DNA of 64,000 bases. Origin: Candidatus Dormiibacterota bacterium (GTDB lineage Bacteria; Chloroflexota; Dormibacteria; Dormibacterales; Dormibacteraceae). The position numbers and the translations under genes are program-made. The stretch spans positions 218 through 64,217 of the forward strand of contig DATEGB010000006.1 in NCBI GenBank assembly GCA_035280365.1, given 5' to 3'. Under the pieces are notes generated by a model. That model had not been told where the DNA came from. It saw only the letters and a program-made list of their open reading frames with translations, and ran no database searches. Positions 32,283 to 41,741 of the stretch are shown one piece after another (position 1 is the stretch's first letter; the number at the start of each line of letters is the position of its first letter).

Positions 32283-32783
32283 GTGACCACCGCAGCCACC
32301 AAGAAGGCGATGCGCCGGCCGAAATTCGCGGGCGAGCACAAGCACCCCGTCAACGTCATGCATTACGACGAGGCCACCGTCGGCGAGTCCCTGGCCGACG
32401 GCATCGCCGCCTTCCTCGGCTCCTGGCGCTTCCTCATCCTGCAGACCCTGGTCGTCGCCGCGTGGGTCACCATCAACTCGCTCGAAATCACGGGCAAGAT
32501 CCACATCGACCCGTACCCGTTCATCCTCCTCAACCTCGCGTTCTCGACCCAGGCCGCCTACACCGGGCCGGTGCTGCTCCTCGCGGGCAACCGCCAGGCG
32601 CAGAAGGACAGGCTGACCCTGGAGCACGCGGCGGCGGAGGCGGACAAGGCCGACCGGCAGAACGTGCAGATCCTGCGCGCGATCGAGCACAACACCGAGG
32701 TCACGGTCCAGATCCTCGAGCACGTGGAGGCGCTCGTCGAGGACCACATCTCGCAATCGGAGCCGAAAAGCCCCGCCACGTAG
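32283..32783 (+). CDS. DUF1003 family membrane protein
   Basis: Contains the block DPYPFILLNLAFSTQAAYTGPVLLLAGNRQ typical of DUF1003, with two TM helices and a coiled-coil tail. Confidence 0.8.
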   Translation: MTTAATKKAMRRPKFAGEHKHPVNVMHYDEATVGESLADGIAAFLGSWRFLILQTLVVAAWVTINSLEITGKIHIDPYPFILLNLAFSTQAAYTGPVLLLAGNRQAQKDRLTLEHAAAEADKADRQNVQILRAIEHNTEVTVQILEHVEALVEDHISQSEPKSPAT

Positions 32784-32793
32784 ACTCTCGGCC

Positions 32794-33978
32794 GTGAGAG
32801 TCGTTCTATTCACGGGGAAGGGAGGGGTCGGCAAGACCTCGGTCGCGGCGGCCACCGCGGTGCGCTGCGCGGCGGCCGGATATCGGACGGTCGTGATGAG
32901 CACCGACCCGGCGCATTCGCTCGGAGACTCATTCGACATCGAGCTAGGCAACGAGGCGAGGCACGTCGGCAAGAACCTCTTGGCGCACGAGGTCTCGTCG
33001 CTGCACGAGATGCAGCGCCATTGGACCAAGCTGCACGAGTACGCGGTCGAGGTCTTCTCCACGCAGGGCCTCGACGAAGTGCTCGCGGACGAGGTCGCGA
33101 ACCCGCCCGGCATGGACGAGGTCGCGTCACTCATGTGGATCAAGCACTACGCCCAGCGCGGCGAGCATGACGTCCTGGTGGTCGACTGCGCGCCCACTGG
33201 CGAGACCTTGCAGCTGCTCACATTCCCCGACGCGGCGAAGTGGTGGCTCGACAAGATCTACCCGTGGTCACGCCGCGCCATGCGCGTGGCCCGGCCGGTG
33301 CTGCAGCCGATGATGAACATGCCGCTGCCCTCGGACGAGGTCTACGCCTCCTTGAAGGACCTGCTGATGGACCTCGACGGTATGCGCAAGGTCCTGACCG
33401 ACCCCGAGATCACCACGGTCCGCATCGTCCTCAACCTCGAGAAGATGGTCGTCAAGGAGGCCAAGCGCGCCTACACGTACCTGAGCCTCTTCGGCTACGT
33501 CACCGACGCGGTCATCGTCAACCGCCTGCTCCCCGGCAACCTCCACGACGAGCTCTTCCAGAAGTGGCAGCGCATCCACCATCGCTACCAGGTGGAGGTC
33601 GAGGAGTCGTTCGCCGGCATCCCCATCTTCAACGTGCCCCTGTTCGACCGTGAGGTGGTCGGCGAGAAGATGTTGTCGCGAATGGCCCAGACGATCTACG
33701 GCGAGGACGATCCCGCGCGCCGGTTCGCCATCTCCAACGCGCAGCGCATAGATAAGGACGGGAGCGACTACGTGCTCGCCCTGAAGGTGCCGTTCGTCGA
33801 CAGGTCCGACGTGGACCTGAGCCGGCACAACGGCGACCTCTACGTCACGGTCGGCAACTACCGGCGCGAGATCACGCTGCCGCGGGTGCTCGCTCGCCGC
33901 GAGACGGCGGGGGCGTCGATCGAATCCGGCGAGCTCCGCGTCCGCTTCGCGGCCCGGCAGACGGAGCGCAAGGCGTGA
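32794..33978 (+). CDS. ArsA/Get3-like P-loop ATPase with C-terminal HSP20-like domain
   Basis: Deviant Walker A GKGGVGKT, STDPAHS, DCAPTGETL, and a C-terminal beta-sandwich-like block (LALKVPF...DLYVTVGNYRREITLP). Confidence 0.9.
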   Translation: MRVVLFTGKGGVGKTSVAAATAVRCAAAGYRTVVMSTDPAHSLGDSFDIELGNEARHVGKNLLAHEVSSLHEMQRHWTKLHEYAVEVFSTQGLDEVLADEVANPPGMDEVASLMWIKHYAQRGEHDVLVVDCAPTGETLQLLTFPDAAKWWLDKIYPWSRRAMRVARPVLQPMMNMPLPSDEVYASLKDLLMDLDGMRKVLTDPEITTVRIVLNLEKMVVKEAKRAYTYLSLFGYVTDAVIVNRLLPGNLHDELFQKWQRIHHRYQVEVEESFAGIPIFNVPLFDREVVGEKMLSRMAQTIYGEDDPARRFAISNAQRIDKDGSDYVLALKVPFVDRSDVDLSRHNGDLYVTVGNYRREITLPRVLARRETAGASIESGELRVRFAARQTERKA

Positions 33979-34223
33979 GCCGCGACGGCGAGCGAATCAT
34001 CGAGCTGATCAACGAGCTCGGTTCGCGGGTCGGAACCGTCCTCTCCGAGATGGTGCCGCCTGCGGCGCAGGTGCACCTCCTGAACGCGCAGCGCGAGCTG
34101 ATCACGGCGCTGATGCTCATCTACGAGAACCGAGTAGCGCCAGAGCCCTCGACGCGTCGCGTGCGGCGCGTGACGGCGCGGCGACGCAAGACCTCGCGAG
34201 ACCGCAAGATCCCGATCGAGTGA
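33975..34223 (+). CDS. Small hypothetical protein coupled to the ArsA-like gene
   Basis: An 82-aa ORF whose GTG overlaps the ArsA stop (GTGA). It has a helical N-terminus and an Arg-rich tail. Confidence 0.5.
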   Translation: MSRDGERIIELINELGSRVGTVLSEMVPPAAQVHLLNAQRELITALMLIYENRVAPEPSTRRVRRVTARRRKTSRDRKIPIE

Positions 34224-34231
34224 GGGCCTGA

Positions 34232-34921
34232 TTGGAGGTCCTCCTGCCGTATCTATACCTGGTGCCGGCCGTCGTGGTCGCAATACCGGTCCACGAGATT
34301 GGGCACGCAGCGGCCGCTTACCTTCTCGGCGATCGCTCCGTGCGCTACTTCGGCTACTTCTCGCTCGACCCCCGCCGCTTCCTCGACCCCTATGGTCTGC
34401 TCGCCGTTGCCGTCGCCCTGGTCGGCTGGGGACGGAAGGTGCCGGTGCAGCCGAACCGGATCAGCAGTACCGGGCAGAAGGTCCTGTTCGAGCTGGGCGG
34501 ACCGGCGGCCAACCTGGCCGTCGCGATCGTGCTCGGGGTCGTCCTGCGCTTCCTTCCTGTTTCCGACAACCTGGCGCTGGCCGTATTGCACTACGTGATC
34601 TACGCCACCTGGTTCCTGAACGTCTCGCTCTTCGCCTTTCAGCTCCTTCCGATCCCGGGCCTGGACGGGTGGAACATCCTCGAGGCGCTGTTCCAGCGCT
34701 CCAACCCGCGTTTCTTCTTCAACGTGGCCGTGCGCCGGCGTGAGATCTGGGCGGGCGTCGTCATCGTCCTCGTGGGGCTCGTGTTCCTGGTCCGGATCAA
34801 CCTCCTGAATTTCGTCATGCTGCCGTTCTACGAGCCGGCAAGCCTAATCTCATTGGGCAGATGCGACGGATACGTGACCACGGTGACAGTGCTCGATCCC
34901 TGCCTGCAGTCGGCGCGCTGA
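34232..34921 (+). CDS. M50-family (site-2 protease-like) membrane zinc metalloprotease
   Basis: The HEIGH motif sits in the first TM region, in a multi-TM protein. The TTG start is uncertain. Confidence 0.85.
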   Translation: MEVLLPYLYLVPAVVVAIPVHEIGHAAAAYLLGDRSVRYFGYFSLDPRRFLDPYGLLAVAVALVGWGRKVPVQPNRISSTGQKVLFELGGPAANLAVAIVLGVVLRFLPVSDNLALAVLHYVIYATWFLNVSLFAFQLLPIPGLDGWNILEALFQRSNPRFFFNVAVRRREIWAGVVIVLVGLVFLVRINLLNFVMLPFYEPASLISLGRCDGYVTTVTVLDPCLQSAR

Positions 34922-36207
34922 TCAACGAGCCGGCGTACGCCGAGCTGGTCAGCGAGCACGGGCGGGAGCGGGTCGTAGAGGCGATCCGGCGCCAGATCGC
35001 GGCCGAGCGCGAGGACGGAGGCGATCCTTCAGACCGCCACGCGGCGGTTGCCGCGCGGCTCCGGTCCGATGTCCGACCGCGGCTGCGGCGCGTCCTCAAC
35101 GCCAGCGGTGTGATCCTGCACACGAACCTCGGCCGCGCACCGCTCTCGAAGGCGGCGATGGACGCCCTGGCGGTCGCGGCCGGATACAGCAACCTCGAGC
35201 TCGACCTCGAGACTGGCAAGAGGGGCGAGCGGGCGGCGCTGGTCGCGGGCTTGCTGAGCGCGCTCTTCGGCGCCCAGGCCGCGCTGGCCGTCAACAACAA
35301 CGCGGCCGCGCTGCTGCTCGCACTCACGGCGCTATGCAAGGGCAAAGAGGTCGTCGTCTCGCGCGGCCAGCTGGTCGAGATCGGCGGCTCTTTTCGCATG
35401 CCCGACGTGATGCGCCTGTCCGGCGCTCGCATGGTCGAGGTGGGCACGACCAACCGCACGCGTGCGGCCGACTACGAGGAGGCGGTGACGCCGAAGACCG
35501 CGGCGCTGCTCCGCGTCCACACCTCGAACTTTCGGGTCACCGGCTTTACGGAAACGGCGGCGCTAGCCCAGCTCGCGGGGATCGCGCGGCGCCGCGGTCT
35601 CCTGCTCATCGACGACCTCGGCAGCGGGGCGACGCGTCAGGTCGGTGATGAGCCGACGGTCGCCGAGTCGGTCGCGCACAGCGACATCGTGACCTTCTCG
35701 GGCGACAAGCTGCTCGGCGGCCCGCAGGCGGGCATCGTGCTCGGGCGCGAGGAGCACGTGAGGCGGATGGCGCGCCACCCGCTCGCGCGTGCCGTGCGCG
35801 TAGACAAGCTCACGCTGGCCGCGCTCGAGGCGACTCTGCGCCAGCGACTCACGGGCCGCGAGGCCGAGATCCCGGTGGAGCGCATGCTGCGCGCTCCGGT
35901 GGAGGATATCCGGCGGCGGGCGGCGCTGTGGTCGGTAAAGCTCGCCGACCGCGGCGTGGAGACCGAACTGGTCGAGGCGATGTCGGCGGTCGGCGGCGGT
36001 TCGCTCCCCGAGCATGGCCTGCCTACAGTGCTGCTCGCGATCAAGGGACCGGCCTCGCGCCTGGCCGCGGCGCTGCGACGTGGCGAGCCGCCGGTCGTCG
36101 CGCGCGTCGACGAGGACCGCTGCTGCCTCGACCCGCGCACCGTGCTCCAGGGTGAAGACGAGACCCTCATCGACGCCGTGGAGGTCGCGGCCAAGGCGGT
36201 CGGATGA
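34861..36207 (+). CDS. selA: L-seryl-tRNA(Sec) selenium transferase
   Basis: Contains the blocks [29 protein letters not shown] and the PLP-lysine context [13 protein letters not shown]. It overlaps the M50 gene by 61 nt. Confidence 0.9.
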   Translation: MRRIRDHGDSARSLPAVGALINEPAYAELVSEHGRERVVEAIRRQIAAEREDGGDPSDRHAAVAARLRSDVRPRLRRVLNASGVILHTNLGRAPLSKAAMDALAVAAGYSNLELDLETGKRGERAALVAGLLSALFGAQAALAVNNNAAALLLALTALCKGKEVVVSRGQLVEIGGSFRMPDVMRLSGARMVEVGTTNRTRAADYEEAVTPKTAALLRVHTSNFRVTGFTETAALAQLAGIARRRGLLLIDDLGSGATRQVGDEPTVAESVAHSDIVTFSGDKLLGGPQAGIVLGREEHVRRMARHPLARAVRVDKLTLAALEATLRQRLTGREAEIPVERMLRAPVEDIRRRAALWSVKLADRGVETELVEAMSAVGGGSLPEHGLPTVLLAIKGPASRLAAALRRGEPPVVARVDEDRCCLDPRTVLQGEDETLIDAVEVAAKAVG

Positions 36208-38039
36208 GCTTCGTTGTCGGCACCGCGGGCCATATCGACCACGGCAAGTCGACGCTCATCACCGCGCTGACGGGCATCGACCCCGACCGCCTCGTCGAGG
36301 AGAAGCGCCGGGGCATGACCATCGACCTCGGGTTCGCGCACATGACGCTGCCGAGCGGGCGCGAGGTGGGCGTCGTCGACGTGCCGGGTCACGCCAGGTT
36401 CATGCGCAACATGCTCGCCGGTGCCCACGGCCTCGACGCGGCGCTGCTCGTCGTGGCGGCGGACGAGGGCGTGATGCCACAGACCCGCGAGCACCTCGAC
36501 GTGCTCGACCTCCTCGACGTGAGGCGCGGCCTGGTCGTCCTCACCAAGGTCGACCTGGTCGAGCCCGACTGGCTCGAGCTCGTCAGGCAGGAGGTCGTCA
36601 AGACCCTCGCCGGCACGTCGCTGTCCGGCGCGGGCATCGTTCCGGTTTCGGCAGTCACCGGCGAGGGCCTGTCGGCGCTTATCGAAGCGCTCGACAGCCT
36701 TCTAGCCGGGGCCGAAGCGCGCGCCGACTCAGGCCGGCCGCGGCTGCCGATCGACCGCGTCTTCACGATGAGCGGCTTCGGCACGGTGGTCACCGGGACG
36801 CTGGTCGACGGATCGCTCCACACAGGCGACGAGATGCAGGTCATGCCGTCCGGCCGGACCGTGCGCATCCGTGGCCTGCAGCGGCACAACCGAAGGGTCG
36901 ACCTCGCGGGACCCGGGAGCCGTGTCGCGGCCAACCTCGCCGGGATCGAGAAGAGCGAGCTTTCGCGGGGCGATGTGCTCGTGGCGCCCAGCGCGATCCG
37001 GCCGGCGCGGCGCGTCGACGCGCGGCTGCGAGTGGTCGCGTCGGCGGCCCAACCGGTCCGCCACGGGGCCGAGCTCGTCCTGCACACAGGCACGGCAGAC
37101 GTGACGTGCCGCGTCATCGCCCTCGACGGCGACGAAGTCCCACCCGGCGGCGAGGGTTGGGTGCAGCTCTACCTGGAACGGCCCGTCGCGGTGGCGGACG
37201 GCGATCGGTTCGTGCTGCGCATTCCGAGCCCGCCGGCGACGGTGGCCGGCGGCGTGATAATCGACGTCGCGCCCCGCAAGCACCCCCGCCACGACTCGGC
37301 GGTGCGCGAGTCGCTGGCACGCCGTGCCTCGGGCAACGTGCTCGAGGAAGAGCTCCGCAAGTACCCGCGAGGGGTCACTGTGGCCGCCCTGCTCAAGGCC
37401 ACCGTTGCCCCGCAAGCCAACATCGACGGTCTCCGCGCCCGCCGGCTCGGCGAGTGGATCTTCAGCGAAGACGCGTGGCTCGCGCTCGAGGAGCGCGCCG
37501 TCGCTGAGCTCGCCGCTTACCACCAAGCGCATCCGCTTCGGTCCGGCATGGCGCGCGAAGAGCTGCGCAACCGCCTCGGAGTGTCCAGCGCGTCGTTTCC
37601 GGCCGTGGTCCGCGGCCTCACGGAGGACGGGCGCATGGTCGAGCGCAACGGGTCGCTGGCGGCACCCGCACATTCGGTCGCATTGGCGACCGAGAGCGGA
37701 CCAGGCGCGGAGCTGCTGCGCGTGCTCGGCGAGAACCCGTTCGCGCCGCCGTCGCTCGCGGAGGCGGCGACAAAGGCAGGCGCGACCGATGAGTTGGTTC
37801 GAGCGCTGGCCAAGCGCGGGGAGATCGTGCGCGTGAGCGATGACGTCGCGTTCACTCGCGACGCGTATGAGTCGGCGGTGGCGATGGTAAGGGAGCTGAT
37901 CGCGGCCCACGGCTCGGTCACCGTCGCGCAGCTGCGCGACCGCATGGGCGCGAGCCGGCGCCCGGTGCTGGCCCTCCTCGAGCATCTCGACGCGCAGCGG
38001 GTGACGCGCCGCGTCGGGGACGCGCGCACACTGAGGTAA
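36204..38039 (+). CDS. selB: Selenocysteine-specific elongation factor
   Basis: Contains [15 protein letters not shown] and TKVD motifs and a C-terminal winged-helix extension. The start overlaps the selA stop (ATGA). Confidence 0.93.
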   Translation: MSFVVGTAGHIDHGKSTLITALTGIDPDRLVEEKRRGMTIDLGFAHMTLPSGREVGVVDVPGHARFMRNMLAGAHGLDAALLVVAADEGVMPQTREHLDVLDLLDVRRGLVVLTKVDLVEPDWLELVRQEVVKTLAGTSLSGAGIVPVSAVTGEGLSALIEALDSLLAGAEARADSGRPRLPIDRVFTMSGFGTVVTGTLVDGSLHTGDEMQVMPSGRTVRIRGLQRHNRRVDLAGPGSRVAANLAGIEKSELSRGDVLVAPSAIRPARRVDARLRVVASAAQPVRHGAELVLHTGTADVTCRVIALDGDEVPPGGEGWVQLYLERPVAVADGDRFVLRIPSPPATVAGGVIIDVAPRKHPRHDSAVRESLARRASGNVLEEELRKYPRGVTVAALLKATVAPQANIDGLRARRLGEWIFSEDAWLALEERAVAELAAYHQAHPLRSGMAREELRNRLGVSSASFPAVVRGLTEDGRMVERNGSLAAPAHSVALATESGPGAELLRVLGENPFAPPSLAEAATKAGATDELVRALAKRGEIVRVSDDVAFTRDAYESAVAMVRELIAAHGSVTVAQLRDRMGASRRPVLALLEHLDAQRVTRRVGDARTLR

Positions 38040-38052
38040 AGTTCGCCAGACC

Positions 38053-38925
38053 ATGCGCATCGCCGATTTGCTCCAGCGCGGCAGGCCGACGGTCTCGTTC
38101 GAGTTCATGGCGCCTCGAAACGAGTCGGAGGTCGACGTGCTCGAGCACACGATCTCGACCCTGGCCGGGCACACCCCCGACTGGGTCTCCGTGACGTACC
38201 GCGTGCGCTCGGGTGAGAAGACCCTCGAGCTCGTGACCCGGATCAAGCGCCAGTACCACATCGAGGCGATGGCTCACCTCACCTGCGCGAACACGGCAGA
38301 CCGCACGCGGCAGATCCTCAACTGGATGGAGCGGGAGGGCGTGGCCAACGTGCTCGCGCTGCGCGGCGACGACCCGGCCGTCGGCGAGCGATTCACGCCG
38401 CTCGACCCGCAGCTGGCCCACGCGAGCGACCTGATCACGCTCGTCAAGCGCAGCGGTTACCGCTTCGGCGTCGGGGCGGCATGCAGCGCGGAAAGGCACC
38501 CCGAAAGCCCGACCCTCGACCACGAGATGCGCTACATGCGGCTCAAGGTCGAGTGCGGCGCGGAGTTCCTCATCACGCAGCTTTTCTTCGACAACGCGTT
38601 CTATCTCGACCTCGTGCGGCGGGCGCGCGAGGCCGGCATCGGCATTCCCATCGTGCCTGGGCTGATGCCGATCCCGAGCCGGCGCTCGCTCGCCGTGATG
38701 ACGGCGATGTCTGGCGCCACCGTGCCGCGGGCACTGCAAAGCGCGATCGACGCGGCGGCCGACGACGAGGCGATCCGCGTGCTCGGCGTGCAGCACTGCA
38801 TCGCGCAGTGCGCGGAGCTGCTGGAGGCCGGCGTGCCCGGCCTGCACTTCTACACGTTCAACCGCGCGCGGGCGCCGATCGAAATCCTCGCGGCCCTTCG
38901 CGGCCAGCAACTCCTGGCGAGCTAG
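38053..38925 (+). CDS. metF: Methylenetetrahydrofolate reductase
   Basis: Matches the MetF pattern (VSFEFMAPR, HLTC, ALRGD). Confidence 0.9.
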   Translation: MRIADLLQRGRPTVSFEFMAPRNESEVDVLEHTISTLAGHTPDWVSVTYRVRSGEKTLELVTRIKRQYHIEAMAHLTCANTADRTRQILNWMEREGVANVLALRGDDPAVGERFTPLDPQLAHASDLITLVKRSGYRFGVGAACSAERHPESPTLDHEMRYMRLKVECGAEFLITQLFFDNAFYLDLVRRAREAGIGIPIVPGLMPIPSRRSLAVMTAMSGATVPRALQSAIDAAADDEAIRVLGVQHCIAQCAELLEAGVPGLHFYTFNRARAPIEILAALRGQQLLAS

Positions 38926-38945
38926 ACCGATACCCTAGTCGGGCC

Positions 38946-39818
38946 ATGCTCGCCGGCATCGACCTCGGAGGGACTCAAATCCGCGTCGCGCTCGCCCGTT
39001 CGGACGGCCGCCTCGTCGAGAGCGTCAGGACGAGAACCCATCTCCTGCCGACTCCCGAGGCGATGGTCAGCTGGGCCTCAGCCGAGATCGACCGCTTGCG
39101 GGGCAGGGAGAAGGTCCGCAGCATCACCATCGCCGCGCCCGGCCCGATCGACCTCAGGCGTGGCGTGCTGGTGAACCCGCCCAACCTCCCGTGGCAGAAC
39201 GTGCCCCTGGTCGCGCTGATGAGCCGCGCCACCGGAGCCAAGGTCCACCTTGCGAACGACGCCGATATGGCCGGTCTGGGAGAGTTCCACCACGGCGCCG
39301 GTCGCGGCACCCGCAACATGGTCTACATCACCTGGTCGACCGGTGTCGGCGGGGGCCTGATCGTCGACGGCAAGCTGCACCGCGGCGCCCATGGCACCGC
39401 GGGTGAGATCGGGCACATGATCATCGACCCCAACGGCCCGCTCGACAACTGCGGCCAGCGCGGCTGTCTCGAGGCCTTCGTGAGTGGCACCGCACTGCAG
39501 CGCGAGACCGGCCGCCCCGCCTCCGAGCTCTTCGCGAGCGCCAAGCGCGGCGACCGCCAGGCGCGCGCGGTGGTGGAGAAGGCCGCGCGTTTCATGGGTA
39601 TCGCCCTGATCAGTCTCACCAACGCCCTCGACCCCGAGATGTTCGTCATCGGCGGCGGGGTGTCGCGTTCGTGGGCCCTGGTCCAGCCGACGATGCTGGA
39701 CACGCTGCGCTCGTCGCCTTTCATCAAGCCTGCCCGCCGCCCCAGCCTGCGCCGTGCCCGCCTGGGCGACCGCGCCGGGCAGGTCGGAGCCGTGGAGTGG
39801 GCGCGGATCAACCAGTAA
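38946..39818 (+). CDS. ROK-family glucokinase
   Basis: Contains GIDLGGT, LANDADMAG and the ROK zinc motif GHMIIDPNGPLDNCGQRGCLE. Confidence 0.85.
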   Translation: MLAGIDLGGTQIRVALARSDGRLVESVRTRTHLLPTPEAMVSWASAEIDRLRGREKVRSITIAAPGPIDLRRGVLVNPPNLPWQNVPLVALMSRATGAKVHLANDADMAGLGEFHHGAGRGTRNMVYITWSTGVGGGLIVDGKLHRGAHGTAGEIGHMIIDPNGPLDNCGQRGCLEAFVSGTALQRETGRPASELFASAKRGDRQARAVVEKAARFMGIALISLTNALDPEMFVIGGGVSRSWALVQPTMLDTLRSSPFIKPARRPSLRRARLGDRAGQVGAVEWARINQ

Positions 39819-41146
39819 CCGGCGAGCAAGAGCTTCTCGCGCTGCTGAAGCGCGCCGCCACGGAGCTGGGCGTCACGGCGTGGATCGTCGGCGGCTACGT
39901 CCGCGACAGGCTGCTCAGCCGGCCACACGTCAACCCCGACGTCGTGGTCGAGGACGGAGACGCGCTCGACCTGGCGAGGCGATTCGCCGAGGTCTCAGGC
40001 GCGGCGCCTCCCGTGGTGTTCGAGCGCTTCGGCACCGCCCAGGTGACCATCCCGGGCCGCCTGGTCGAGTTCGTCACCGCGCGCGCCGAGTCGTACGAGC
40101 CGGACTCGCGCAAACCCAATGTCCGGCGGGCGTCGCTCGAGGAGGATCTGCGCCGGCGCGATTACACGATCAACACCCTGCTGATGGACCTCGATGGGCA
40201 CCTCCACGACCGGCTCGGAGCACGGAAGGACCTCGAGGCGAAGGTGTTGCGGACGCCGTCCGATCCTGTGCGCACGTTCGCAGACGACCCGCTGCGCATG
40301 CTCCGCGGCATCCGCTTCGCCGCCGAGCTGGGATTCGAGCTGGCCCCCGAGCTGCCCGGCGCGATGCGCAGGCTAAGCTCGCGCCTGGCGCCGCCGGTCA
40401 TCTCGGCGGAGCGGACAGGCGATGAGCTGCGCAAGATGCTCCTTTCGCCGCGGCCCGGGCTTGCCCTCGGGCTGCTCGACAAGGCGGGCCTGTTGGAAGT
40501 CGTGCTGCCCGAGATCGCCGCCTGCAAGGGCGTGGCCCAGACCGGTTACCACACCCATGACGTCTTGGGCCACACGCTGCTGACCGTCCAGGCGACGCCC
40601 CCCGACCTGCTGCTTCGGGTGGCCGCGCTGTTCCACGACGCCGGCAAGCCCAAGACCGCCAAGGGCGACGGCAGGTTCATCGGCCACGAGGAGATCGGCG
40701 CCGAGATCGCGAGGGCGGCGCTGGAGCGGCTTCGTTTCGCACAGAAGGAAATCGAGGTCGTGACCCTGCTCGTCCGGCTTCACCTCCGGCCGGTCTTCTA
40801 CCGGTCGGAATGGACGGAGGGTGCTGTGCGCCGGCTGGCGCGCGACGCGGGACCGCACCTGGAGCGACTGATGCTTCTGGCCAGGGCCGACATCGCCGCC
40901 TCGGCGTATCCCGAGCCGGAGAAGCTCGACGAGCTGCGAGCCAGGCTCGACCGGGTGCTGACGGAGCGTCCGTCGCGCCTCTTGCCGCTTATCACAGGCG
41001 AGGAAATCATGCGCGTGCGCGGCATCGGGCCAGGGCCAGAAGTGGGGCGCATCAAGCAAAAGCTCGAAGAGCTGGTGATTGACGGTGAGATCCTGCCGGA
41101 GAGGGAGGCGGTGATCAATTACTTGTCGGCCCACCCGGGGCTTTAG
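39797..41146 (+). CDS. cca: CCA-adding enzyme / poly(A) polymerase-family tRNA nucleotidyltransferase with HD domain
   Basis: Contains GGYVRDRLL, RRDYTINTL and an HD region (HTHDVLGH...FHDAGK). GTG 39797 overlaps the glucokinase gene end by 22 nt, so the start is uncertain. Confidence 0.85.
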   Translation: MGADQPVTGEQELLALLKRAATELGVTAWIVGGYVRDRLLSRPHVNPDVVVEDGDALDLARRFAEVSGAAPPVVFERFGTAQVTIPGRLVEFVTARAESYEPDSRKPNVRRASLEEDLRRRDYTINTLLMDLDGHLHDRLGARKDLEAKVLRTPSDPVRTFADDPLRMLRGIRFAAELGFELAPELPGAMRRLSSRLAPPVISAERTGDELRKMLLSPRPGLALGLLDKAGLLEVVLPEIAACKGVAQTGYHTHDVLGHTLLTVQATPPDLLLRVAALFHDAGKPKTAKGDGRFIGHEEIGAEIARAALERLRFAQKEIEVVTLLVRLHLRPVFYRSEWTEGAVRRLARDAGPHLERLMLLARADIAASAYPEPEKLDELRARLDRVLTERPSRLLPLITGEEIMRVRGIGPGPEVGRIKQKLEELVIDGEILPEREAVINYLSAHPGL

Positions 41147-41231
41147 CGAAAATCCGAGCACCCGCTATGCTGCGACAGGAGGAAGCCGCCCCAGAGAGGG
41201 AGAAAGGGGCGGGACCGGGGAGGTTTTTGCT

Positions 41232-41741
41232 ATGGCGGAGACGACTCTGGAGACGGCCGGGACCGTGAGCTCGAACGGCGATTCGGATCCGCTCGGGCTG
41301 GAGCCAAAGCCGACGGTGATCGCCAGGGAGGACACGCTGACCGGGAAGCTCGTCCTGAAGGGGCCGGGCCAGGTCCTGGGCAGCTTCAGCGGCCAGATCG
41401 AGTGCGACGGAGACCTGCTGATCGGCCCGGAGGCGCACGTCGAGGCCGACATCAAGAGCAACCGGGTGACGATCTCGGGGGCGGTGCGCGGCAACGTGAT
41501 CGCCAGCAACCGGCTGAAGATCACGAGCAGCGGCCGGCTCGAGGGCGACGCGACGGTGGGCGCCCTCGTCGTCCAGGAGGGCGGCGTTCACTACGGGGTG
41601 ATCCGCGTCCACCCCGAGGGCATTCCGGACACCCCGCCAGAGCGGATGGCTCAGGTCCCGGCGCAGTCGACCGTCGTAACTTTGAGACCCGCACCGAACG
41701 CAGTCGGTAAGGTCAGAAAGTTCTGGGGTGAGTTCTTCTAA
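41232..41741 (+). CDS. Bactofilin (polymer-forming cytoskeletal protein)
   Basis: Repetitive beta-helix pattern (GSFSGQIECDGDLLIGPEAHVEADIKSNRVTISGAVRGNV...). A GGGGAGG Shine-Dalgarno is upstream. Confidence 0.85.
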   Translation: MAETTLETAGTVSSNGDSDPLGLEPKPTVIAREDTLTGKLVLKGPGQVLGSFSGQIECDGDLLIGPEAHVEADIKSNRVTISGAVRGNVIASNRLKITSSGRLEGDATVGALVVQEGGVHYGVIRVHPEGIPDTPPERMAQVPAQSTVVTLRPAPNAVGKVRKFWGEFF

